Below, piece after piece: positions 26,576 through 42,422 of a stretch of DNA of 64,000 nt. A program made the position numbers and the translations under genes. Position 1 is the stretch's first letter. Every line of letters starts with the position of its first letter. Below the pieces are notes generated by a model. That model worked only from the letters and a program-made list of their open reading frames with translations. It was not told the origin of the DNA and did not search any database. The stretch lies in NCBI RefSeq assembly GCF_009914755.1, contig NC_060928.1; one strand, given 5' to 3'. The stretch is from the human T2T-CHM13v2.0 reference genome, Homo sapiens.

Positions 26576-28755
26576 TAGGATAATTCTTAAACACCTCAAA
26601 AAGCAAATTTTCCTGATTTGAAGTAAAATCATTCTTTGAAAATTATGTCACACAATGAACATAGGCATAAAGTCAAGACTGTTTGTATAACTGAATCTTT
26701 AATTTAAAAAGACTAAAGATGAAAGAGATTAGTAAAATAATGCAAATGATGAAGCTATGGTGTGAGATAGGAGAGACTTAAGGCTACTAGAGCCAAGTGT
26801 GCAATTTAAAGATAACCATGTGGTCCTTTGCTGTGAAGGCACTGAAGTCTTGGGGATGGAAAAGCTAAATTGTTTCTCGCATAAAAAAGGAATGACTGAT
26901 GAGTCTAATCAGGGATAGTAAATGATAGTTCTCACAAAATTGAAATGTAGCCATCCAAATATATATTGCCCTGGGAAGCAAATCATAATATTCAATAAGT
27001 TAACATTCTGTTACAGATATTATGTGTGTGGAATCTGCATACCTAATGTAGGGGAGAAATTTGAAGAACAAAAGTTTTGGAGATTTTTATTTCTTTCAAT
27101 GAAAACCATTACATTACTGTATCTGCCTTTGGAATATTTTAGTTTGCTTGTTTTACGTGGAGTAATTTAAAAACTTATTTTGCTGTCTTAACAACATCTA
27201 ATATTATACTATGAAATTCAGGAGTTTAAGGAAAGATACTGTTGCATACACAATTAAAGAAAATGGTGTGCAATTTTAGTGAGATGAAACAATTTTATTC
27301 ACATTTCATCACATAAATTATCTATTAACTGGCATCTCTATACTACTGTATTGTAGAAAAAACTGAACTTCATGATAATGACTCCAACGTTCAATAAATT
27401 TTGGATATACCTTTAGAGCCACTGCATTCTTTTAAAAATGAACTTTGACAGCTTGCTGTTACTTACAGCAGGAGAGCACATATTCAAAAATAAAATCAAA
27501 CAAATATAAATTATATTTATTTGTAAATATCTTGAAACTTCTGAGTGGCTTTTCAAGAGATATCTGGACTAGTGAGAGAGGTCACATATAGATATAAGTA
27601 GTAATCAATAGTTTACTGGAAATAATATCCAGCTTGCATGAAAAATTCCCATGTAATTTATCAAGTTAATGCTGAATATATTATTTGTAAGTATCTTTTA
27701 TTATAGTCTAATTATTTGTTAAAAATTTAAATATAATAACATGATAATTTCATTCCTGGATATTTGATCTACCACAATATCTCATTCTTCAATCTAATAG
27801 TAATTTATTTATAGAATATGGACTGGACATCATGTTAGCTTCATAACAAAATCTAGATATTTGTCAATTCTGTGTCCTGCACCACAGTCCTGAGAATCTC
27901 TTGACTGACTTATAGAGAGCTGCTCCAGGAGTTGCCTTCAAGTTTCACAAGTACGTTAAGAGACCGAAATCACCAATTCTTAGAAATAATTAGAGCTGTT
28001 TCTTTACTTTTCACAATCTCTACGATTCATGAATCAGTAAATAATAAAGAAGCTTTTAATGCTACCCATCAATGAAATTAGAAAGAGAACTTGGATGATC
28101 TTTTTATACTGCTCATACTAATTCTCAATCTTAGTGTATACTACTTACATTCTTTACATTACATTATTTACAGCACATTTTAAATTCTTAGAATGGATTC
28201 ACCACTATAAAAAGCCAAGTTTTCACTCAATTTTTCTGCAAATGATATTTGATTTTCTTCTCGAGAGCCATCATTTCTTTACTCTCAATTCATTCATGGG
28301 GTTCATGAAGTAGTAACATCTTCACAACATACATACACACATATTTTGGTCTGAACACACAATACAACTCTATCATTAAGATTCATTTTTGTCGCCAGTG
28401 TTGGGATAATGGTGTCTAGCAAAACCAATGCCCAAGGATGTAGGAATGATGTATATAAGGGATTGTTAGACATCTTCAAATGACTGAAAATTAAGCTAAA
28501 ACAGATGAAAGTAGGAAGCAAAAAACATATTTTTAATGACATTAGGCTTACAGACCTTAAGTAATATGTGAGTCAGCCATCTTTTTAAACTTGTCCCTTT
28601 AACTAAAAATATTCTAATTCTTGAGGTTACTGGATATAGAGTATACCATTGACCACATTTGATACCTGGGCTTGGCTAAAGTAGATAGAAGGCGGTGCCA
28701 GTCTACAGATTTCAAACTGTGAGTCTGATAGTACACTTACATGAGAGCAGAATTA

Positions 28756-28920
<165 letters not shown>

Positions 28921-29325
28921 TCACCCCTGTTGTACCCTGGAGCATACACTCATAAGATATTTATCAGGTAAACATAAGATTGTTGAATTTTCTTTACTAA
29001 TCATTGCATCCTTAAGTAAGGTCTTAAAAACTGACAATCTTTAGTTGATACTGGCCCATGAAAAGCAGAAGAAAAACAAACAGCTGTCCTTTGTTACATT
29101 GACCGTCTCAATGGCATTCAATGGCATAAAGTCTTCTGCTCATGATTTTTGCAGTACCTCAATCTGCCAAGATTGGCTGAAAAAAAAGCAGGTACATCAA
29201 GATAAAATAGTCAGTGAAATTGGATGCAGTGATACACCTGAACCCACCACCCATAAATATTTTTCTCCACTCTCTTAGCCTGACAAAAAGTAACTCTTAA
29301 GCTCATTTTAAATGACCATCATTCA

Positions 29326-30210
29326 TGGTGATTTGTGAGATTTTGGTGCATCCCTCACCTGGGAAGCATACACTGCACCTATTTGTAGTTTTTTCTCTCT
29401 CACTGCCTTCCCACCCTTTTCCCTTGAGTCCCCAAATCCATTGTGTTATTATTATGACTTTGTATCCTCATAGTTTATCTCTCATCTATGAGTAAGAACA
29501 TACGATGTTTGGTTTTCCATTCTTGAGTTATTTCTGTTAGAATAATAGTCTCCAATCTCATCCAGGTCACTGCAAATGCCATTAATTCATTCCTTTTTAT
29601 GACTGAGCAGTTATTATATATATATGATATATTATATTACTGATGGAATACTTTATATGTGTGTATATATATATACACTATATATATATATTGTGTGAGT
29701 GTATATATATATATATATATAAAATAGTTTCTTTATTCATTCGTTGGTTGATGGGCATTTGGGTTGGTTCCACATTTTTACAATTGTGAATTGTACTGCT
29801 ACAAAAAAGTGTGTGTAAGCATCTTTTTCATATAATGACTTCTTTTCCAGTGTATAGATACCAGTAGTGGGATTGCTGGATCAAATGGTAGCTCTACTTT
29901 TCATTCTTTAAGGAATCTTCACACACGTAGAAGTGTTGCCTGTTCACTTCAGCCATGCCAACTTCTACTATTTTTAAATTTTTTTTACTATGGCCATTTT
30001 TTCAGCGGCAGGTTGATATCACATTGCAGTTTTGATTTTCATTTCCCTGATCATTAGTGATGTTGAGCATTTTTTTATATGTTTGTTGACTATTTGTATA
30101 TTATCATCTTTTGTGAATTGTCAATTCATGTTCTTTATCAGCACTAAAGAACTTACTCATGTAACCAAACCCACCTGCTCCCCAATAACTTATGAAGAAA
30201 AAAGAACAAA
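29326..30210 (+). mobile_element. L1PB1-like element with inversion: 29326-30136 antisense, 30137-30210 sense 3' tip
   Basis: The antisense block reads ...AATCTCACAAATCACCA on the minus strand; the sense block resumes ATCAGCACTAAAGAACTTACTCATGTAACCAAA and ends in an A tail. Confidence 0.82.
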
Positions 30211-30218
30211 ATGCAAAT

Positions 30219-30475
30219 GGCCAGGCACAGTGGCTCATGCCTGTAATTCCAGCCCTTTGGGAGGCTGAGGTGGGCAAATTGCCTGAGCCCAGCAGCCTGG
30301 GAAACATTATGAGACCTCATCTCTACAAAAAAATCAAGAAATTATCCAGGCATGATTGTGTGTGCCTGTGGTTTCAGCTATTCAGGAGGCTGAGGTGGGA
30401 AATTGCTTGAGCTCAGAAAGTCAAAGCTGCAGTGATCCATGATTGCACCACTGCACACAAGCCTGGGTGACAAAG
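30219..30475 (+). mobile_element. AluJ lacking its 3' tail
   Basis: GGCCAGGCACAGTGGCTCATGCC...GCTGCAGTGATCCATGATTGCACCACTGCAC; stops at GGGTGACAAAG. Confidence 0.9.
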
Positions 30476-30482
30476 GCTTGTG

Positions 30483-30759
30483 TCCTGGGCTCTGCCCTTA
30501 TGAATGGATTAGTTCTGTTATTACAGGAGTGGGTTAGTTATAAAAAGTGAGTATGGCCCCTTCTTGCTCTCTTTCATGTGTGTTCCTTTGCCCTTCCACC
30601 TTCTGCACAGGGTGACACAGCAAGAAGCCCTCATCAGATTCTGGTACCTTGATACTGGACTTCCCAAGCTCTAGAACTAAAACACTTCATGATTTTTTTT
30701 TTTTTTGTCTGTAAACTACCCATTCTATGGTTCTGTGACACAACAAAAAATGGGGAACA
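30483..30759 (+). mobile_element. MST/MLT1A-type MaLR LTR, 5' part missing
   Basis: GGGCTCTGCCCTTATGAATGGATTA...CAGCAAGAAGCCCTCATCAGAT...GGACTTCCCA. Confidence 0.8.
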
Positions 30760-32196
<1,437 letters not shown>

Positions 32197-33009
32197 CTAT
32201 CAATTTTGTTGATCTTTTCTAAAAAAACAGGTCCTGGATTCATTGATTTTTGAAGGGTTTTTTGTATCTCTATCTCCTTCAGTTCTGCTCTGGTCTTAGT
32301 TATTTCTTGCCTTCTGCTAGCTTTCGAATGTGTTCACTCTTGCTTCTCTAGTTCTTTTAATTATGATGTTATGGTGTCAATTTTAGATCTTTCCTGCTTT
32401 CTCTTGTGGGCATTTAGTGCTATAAATTTCCCTCTACACACTGCTTTAAATGTGCCCCAGAGATTCCGGTATGTTGTGTCTTTGTTCTCATTGGTTTCAA
32501 AGAACATATTTATTTCTGCCTTCATTTTGTTATGTACCCAGTAGTCATTCAGGAGCAGGTTGTTCAGTTTCCATGTAGTTGAGCAGTTTTGAGTGAGTTT
32601 CTTAATCCTGAATTCTAGTATGATTGCACTGTGGTCTGAGAGACAGTTTGTTATAATTTCTGTTCTTTTACATTTGCTGAGGAGTGCTTTACTTCCAACT
32701 ATGTGGTCAATTTTGGAGTAGGCGTGGTGTGGTTCTGAAAAGAATGTATATTCTGTTGATTTGAGGTGGAGAGTTCTGTAAACGTTTATTAGGTCCGCTT
32801 GGTGCAGAGCCGAGTTCAATTCCTGGATATCTTTGCTAATTTTCTGTCTTGTTGATCTGTCTAACATTGACAGTGGGGTGTTGAAGTCTCCCATTATTAT
32901 TGTATGGGAGTCTAAGTCTCTTTGTAGGTCACTAAAGACTTGCTTTATGAATCTGGGTGCTCCTGTATTGGGTGCATATATATTTAGGATAGTTAGCTCT
33001 TCTTGTTGA

Positions 33010-35285
<2,276 letters not shown>

Positions 35286-35322
35286 ACATTGAGAACACAT
35301 GGACACAGGAAGGGGAACATCA

Positions 35323-35734
<412 letters not shown>

Positions 35735-36279
35735 AGGAGATATACCTAATGCTAAATGACGAGTTAATGGGTGCAGCAGACCAACATGGCACATGTATAC
35801 ATATGTAACAAACCTGCACATTGTACGCATGTACCCTAGAACTTAAAGTATAATAATAAAAAAAAAAGAAGGGCAGAGGTTATAGAAGGCCTTCTTGGTG
35901 TCTTTACCCTCTGCTATGGACACCCAGTGGAGTTACCCCAACCCCACCACAGACTCTACATTTGTTCAGGTTATCCTCTGTAAGTGGTCATACCTGTTTC
36001 CTCAAAGACTTTATTGGTTTACAAATCCAATAGACAGATACTTCCATTGATGCTTGCTTTTGCCTCTGATCATGCTGTACTATCCTGGGAAGATATTCAT
36101 CTGATCTGGCTAAGTGATGTACATTTTTGCACAAATAGAGCGTTCTTTTTGCTTTCTTCATGAATCCCTTCCATTTTACTTCATATGGTGCCAGAATCAT
36201 GATGCCATCAATATTAAAATATATTATAAAATATATTATATAATCCCTATATAATGCAGTGGTTACAGTATGCATATTT

Positions 36280-36458
36280 CAAGCTATGTGTGAAAATGCT
36301 TTGTGATGTGCTGTTTTATATCAAAGAATGGAACCTGTGTTTTGATTCACCAGCTTCAAAATACTCTTTTTGTAGAATCTGCGAAGTGACATTTCTGAGC
36401 CTATTGAGGCCTATAAGGAAAAATTGAATATCCAGCAGGATAAACTAGAAACAAGCTA
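36280..36458 (+). repeat. Single isolated alpha-satellite monomer (172 bp, ancient monomeric type)
   Basis: Colinear alphoid motifs: GCTTTGTGATGTG, TTTTGATTCA, ACTCTTTTTGTAGAATCTGCGAAG.GACATTT, TTGAGGCCTAT, GAATATC, AAACTAGAAACAAGC; CAAGCTA recurs exactly 172 bp apart. Confidence 0.88.
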
Positions 36459-36727
36459 AGGGAATAAATAGTTGGAGGATATGCTGTTCTACATTTATGC
36501 TAGAAATATTCCAGTAGTAAATATAATATAACCAGAAAATAAATAATCATCCACTTTTTCCAGCACACTCTAGATAAGACTTAAATTTGTGCTATTCATC
36601 AATAAAGACAAGTAACAAGCCTTTTTTTTATTGACAAGTTGATATACATCCATGAGCACATGGATATGGAAAGACACCCTGGAAAAAAAATTTTTGTACT
36701 GGGCCCTCACAACCTAGGATCAGTCCT

Positions 36728-36728
<1 letters not shown>

Positions 36729-36769
<41 letters not shown>

Positions 36770-36787
36770 GAGACAGAGAGAGAGAGA
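36729..36787. repeat. (AC)n-(AG)n compound microsatellite
   Basis: Read directly. Confidence 0.95.
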
Positions 36788-37067
36788 ATAGAGTGCAATT
36801 GATGAAATTAGTTTATTTTATAATTATTATTAATGAATAAAATATTTTGTGCTGGGATAAAAATTGATATGGTGAGGCTGTTGTGAATTTTAGATACCCT
36901 TTAAGATACATTATCTGATAGCTCTATTTCTTTCCTTATTCCCCTGAAGCCTAATTTTATTGATTATTCTGAGTTATTGAAAGACCAAGTTGTATAGTAA
37001 GAATTGATTTGTGTATAGTGATAAAACTCTTATTACTTGAGTTTATGTGAGAGTATCTCTCTTTTTT

Positions 37068-39692
37068 ATTATTATGCTATAAGTTCTGGGATACATGTGC
37101 AGAATGTGCAGGTTTGTTACATAGGTATACACGTGCCATGGTGGTTTGCTGCACCCATCATCCTGTCATCTACATTAAGTATTTCTGCTAATTTGTACAT
37201 TATTTCTCCCCTATCTCCCAAACCCCTGACAGGCCCCAGTGTGTGATGTTCCCCTCCCTGTGTCCATGTTCTCATTGATCAACTCCCACTTATGAGTGAG
37301 AACATGTGGTGTTTGTGTTTCTGTTCTTCTTAGTTTGCTGAGAATAATGTTTTCCAGTTTCATCCATGTCCCTGCAAAGGACATGAACTCATCCTTTTAT
37401 ATGGCTGTATAGTATTCCATGGTGTATATGTGCCACATTTCCTTTTTCCAGTCTATCATTGATGGACATTTGGCTTGGTTCCAAGTCTTTGCTATTGTGA
37501 ATAGTGCTGCAATAAACATATATGTGCATATGTCTTTGTAGTAGAATGATTTATAATCTTTTGAGTATATACCCAGTAATGGGATTGCTAGGTCAAATGG
37601 TATTTCTGCTTCTAGATCCTTGAGGAATCACCACACTGTCTCCCACAATGGTTGAATTAATTTACACTCTCACCAACAGTGTAAAAGTGTTCCTATTTCT
37701 CCACATCCTCTCCAGCATTTGTTGTTTCCTGACTTTTTTATGGTTGCCATACTAATTGGCGTGAGATGGTATCTCTTTGTGGTTTTGATTTCTGTTTCTC
37801 TAAAGACCAGTGATGATGAGCTTTTTTTCATATGTTTGTTGGCCTTATAAATGTCTTCATTTGAGAAGTGTCTGTTCATAGCCTTTATCCACTTTTTAAT
37901 GGGGTTGTTTGTTCTTTTTCTTGTAAATTTGTTTAAGTTCCTTGTAAATTCTGGATATTAGCTGTTAGTCAGTTGGATAGACAGCAAAAATTTTCTCTCT
38001 TGCGATAGTTTACTGAGAATGATGATTTCCAATTTCATCCATGTCCTTACAAAGGACATGAACTCATCATTTTTTATGGCTGCATAGTAAAACCAAACAC
38101 CGCATATTCTGGCTCATAGGTGGGAATTGAACAGTGAGAACACATGGACACAGGAAGGGGAACATCACACTCTGGGGACTGCTGTGGGGTGGGGGGAGGG
38201 GAGAGGAATAGCATTGGGAGATATACCTAATGTTAGATAACGAGTTAGTGGGTGCAGTGCACCAGCATGGCACATGTATACATATGTAACTAACCTGCAT
38301 ATTGTGCACATGTACCCTAAAACTTAAAGTGTAATAATAAATAAATAAATAAATAAAAAGAAAAAAAAATTTTCTCTCATTCTGTAGGTTGCCAGTTCAT
38401 TCTGATGACAGTTTCTTTTGCCATGCAGAAGCTCTTTATTTTAATTAGATCTGATTTGTCAATTTTGGGTTTTGTTGCCATTGGTTTTGGTGTTTTAGTT
38501 ATGAAGTCTTTGCCCTTGCCTATGTCCTGAATGGTATTGCCTAATTTTCTCCTATGGTTTTTATGGTTTTATATCTTACACTTAAGTCTTTAATCCATCT
38601 TGAGTTAATTTTTTATAAGGTGTAAGGAAGGGGTCCAGTTTTAGTTTTCTGCATATGGCTAACCAGTTTTTCCAACACTATTTATTAAATAGGAAATTCT
38701 TTCCCCATTGCTTTGACAGATTTATCAAAGAACAGATGGTTGTAGATAAGTGGCATTATTTCTAAGGCCTTCATTCTGTTCCATTGGTCTATATATCTGC
38801 TTTGTTACCAGTACCATGCTGTTTTTGTTACTGTAGCCTTGTAGTATAGTTTGAAGGCAGGTAGCATGATGCCTCTAGATTTTTTCTTTTTGCTTAGGAT
38901 TGTCTTGGCTATATGGGCTCTTTTTTGGATTTTTAAAAATTCTATATGAAATTTAGGTTTTTTTAATTCTGTGAAGAAAGTCAATGGTAGCTTGATGGGG
39001 ATAGGATTGATTCTACAAATTACTTTCGGCAGTATGGCCATTTTTATGATATTGATTCTTTCTATCCATGAGCATGGAATGTTTTTCCATTTGTTTGTGT
39101 CCTCTCTTATTTCCTCAAGCATTGGTTTGTAGTTCTCCTTAAGGGGTCCTTCACATCTATTGTAAGATGTATTCCTAGGTATTTTATTCTCTTTGTCACA
39201 ATTGTGAATGGCAGTTCACAATTGGCTCTCTGTCTATTATTGGTGTATAGGAATGCTTGGGATTTTTGCACATTGAATTTGTATCCTGAGACTTTGCTGA
39301 AGTTGCTTATCAGCTTAAGGAGATTTTGGGCTGAGATGATGGGGTTTTCTAAAATATACAATCATGTCATCTGCAAGCAGAGACAATTTGACTTCCTCTC
39401 TTCTTATCTGAATACCCTTTATTTCTTTCTCTTACCTGAATGCTCTGGCCAGAGCTTCCAATACTATGTTGAATAGGAGTGGTGAGAGAGGTCATCGTTG
39501 TCTTGTGCTGGTTTTCAAAGGGACTGCTTCCAGCTTTTGCCTATTCAGTACGATACTGGCTGCAGGTTTGTCATAAATAGCTCTTATTATTTTGACATAT
39601 GTTCCATCAATACCTAGTTTATTGAGAGTTTTTAGCATAAAGGGATGTTAAATTTTATCGAAGGCCTTTTCTGCATCTATTGAGATAATCAT
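37068..39692 (-). mobile_element. 5'-truncated L1PA7-like element hosting a younger L1
   Basis: 3' UTR reverse complement GGGATACATGTGCAGAATGTGCAGGTTTGTTACATAGG; ORF2 remnants; TSD GAGTATCTCTCTTTTTT (37051-37067) / GAATATCTCTCTTTTTT (39693-39709). Confidence 0.93.
38000..38364 (+). mobile_element. 365-bp L1PA2-like insertion with a 5' inversion (38000-38089 antisense)
   Basis: Perfect 14-bp TSD AAAAATTTTCTCTC (37986-37999, 38365-38378); young diagnostics TTGGGAGATATACC, GAGTTAGTGGG, GTAACTAACC; (TAAA)n tail. Confidence 0.92.
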
Positions 39693-42319
39693 GAATATCT
39701 CTCTTTTTTGAATAAATAAAGACAAAAGTATTGGTGACTTATAAATCACAAGGGATCACCTAATTGACATATGTGATTTATGGTATTTAACTTCATGATG
39801 TAGTGGTTACTTCTTCAACTGCCTCCATCACAGAAATAGAAGCATTGCAATTTGTGCTTGATATGTTTCCAAATGACTAAGATGAGTATGTTTGATCAAC
39901 TACTATTTTTGAGGTGATATTTTCTTTAAAAATATGCTCATTCCTAACCTGGAAAATAGGTACCTTTTTTAGAAAAGTGTCGATATTTTGGCTGCATTTC
40001 AAAACTGGGCAGGAGATTACCAGTGTTCAATCTACCAGTCATCTTTCTTCAAACTCCCACTGAGCTAAATGGGAGTTTTGTACTTTAGCAAACAGTAAAT
40101 TAGGTTTCCAGTGACGTGAAGAGAGGAGGACAGACAGTTCCAGATGGCAAGTGCCACCGAAGCTAAGGGTCAATGTTTACAGAGAAGGGAGTGGGTGCAG
40201 TATACAATCTCAATTATTAAAAGTCAGTAGACAGGAAAACAACCAAAATGGTAACAGATGAGTGAAATGACTCTGTTGGAATGAGCAAGTACTGTAAGCC
40301 TTTGCAAAGCTCCCAAGGGCAAATGCATTATTAGTAGATTTGTATTTATTAGGAGCATGCCATGGGATTAAGCTGCTGTGAGCTAATTCTTACTCTTATT
40401 TAAAACTTTTCTTTTTTAAAAAAATCGAAATAGCAAACCTTGGTAGTTAACACATCTTTCATTACTTGGAAATAGTAATTCTACAGAAACATACTTGTTT
40501 TTGGCTTGCCTGAATGTAGTTACTTACCTTTATATTTTTCCTAATTATACTGTACCATATTAATATTGTTGGAACTGGAATAATACTATTTGTTTCTTTC
40601 CAGAGGAGATGAAAGTATCATACAATGTTTGCAGCATTAAGATTTTCTTCCGCTTTAACTAGTTATAGTGCAATAGATATCAGTTTTGTTTCCAGCATTA
40701 TATTGTTAATGCCTCATGCAGGATTCATGCATGATTATCTCAATTTCGTGTTTTTAATTTAACACAAACATTAGCAAGAAGAACCAATTCACCAAACCTA
40801 ATGACTGGTCATAATGCCATACAATAAAGTGTTACTTTCTACAACATTTTTTTTATGCAAAATTCATCTCAAAACACATTTTAAAGTTAAATGAAATCAT
40901 TATAGATTTAATATTATCTCATTTCATCAGCTAATAAATAAGAGCAAAGAGAGAAATTAACTTATCTACAAATCAGAAAAAAGAAAGGTTTAGGAGACAT
41001 GTATTTCAACTGGGTGATAGGAGATTCCAGAGGAAGGATAAAGAATAAAATTACTGGGAACTCTAGGAGCCATGGCTGCAAGCTTTATGGGACAGAGGTT
41101 TTAGTTTGTATTTGCTTCTTGTGTTGAAATTGCTTTTTGAACTTAAGCAAAATAGTTAATTATCTATAACTTAGATTTGCCTTGTTGATAAACTAAAATG
41201 GAGTACAGCTTTAGAATGGAGAGCTGCTCCCATTAAAAGTAAGTTCAAAAATATTATGTTTTTGGGAAGTCCATTTGTCACCCTTTTCTGGGCAGTAAGG
41301 CTCTAATACAAATTGTTGTTATAAAACATAAAATTAATGTCCTAAATGGAGTATTCTCTTATCTGCAAAACTATACAACACAAAACCTATGCTCTATGCC
41401 TTATTGATATATTCTTGCATGCTGAATTCTACCTTTAAAAAATTCACCAAACATTAAACACTGGAGCAATTTACACCTTCTCATTGTATTAGTATTAGAA
41501 AATTGAAGTAAAGTTCAGAAATTCAAAATGTTACTCTATTGCTCATTAAATTATTTAAATAAATTAACATGTGTATCCTAGCCAAGGTACCTCTTAAGAA
41601 TGACAATTAATCTTAAGAGTGATTGACAATTAACTTTATATTTTTAAAATGTGGTTATGTGTTAGAATAATCAAAAGACATTGCTTATAATTTTCAAACT
41701 GTCAGAATGGATGAATTACCACTGTATGGTGGAAACATAAATCAAACTTAAAGATTTCTTCTGTTCTAACCAATTTTCATCACCATCATCTTCTGTGAGG
41801 TCACCTATCTCTAATTATAATTAAACTCTAATTTCTCACCTGTGAAATTAAATGATTAGTCTGAATATGAGACATAGATTCAAATATCCACAGAGAAGTG
41901 ATAGGTAATTTAAGTTAATTAAATTTATCAGGTGACAATTTCAGCAAACTAAAGAGTAACTACTCCTTCCAAACTGGTCTTCTGAAATTGTTACCATGCA
42001 GGAATTTGGAGTAATACAGCAAATTTCTTTATTTGCATGCATATCAAACTGTTTTATTTCAAATGTCTGAATGCTAATTTTTAAGTGCTAGTCCAGATAT
42101 TTTTAAGCAGCCAATACAAAATACTTATATGGTGCAAACAAACTGAAAACCACCAGTTTCTAAATATTACAATTGATCGATTTTTAGATTACTCCAAACA
42201 ATCCACTTTTGAAATATTTTTCTAAAGCTAAAATCATACAAGTACATAGATATTTTCATGTCAGATGAGGAAATGTGGAGTGTAGTAATCCTTATATAGA
42301 GGTAAATGAATAGGCAAGG

Positions 42320-42422
42320 TTTATTTTGTTTGTTTGTTTTATTTTTTGTCTTTTAGACTTTAGTCTCGTTCCTTCACCAGGCTGGATTGCAGTGGTACAA
42401 TCTCGGCTCACTGCAACCTCTG
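42320..42422 (-). mobile_element. 5'-truncated Alu (end of the right arm)
   Basis: T-rich tail then CCAGGCTGGATTGCAGTGGTACAATCTCGGCTCACTGCAACCTCTG; AGGCAAG on both flanks. Confidence 0.85.
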
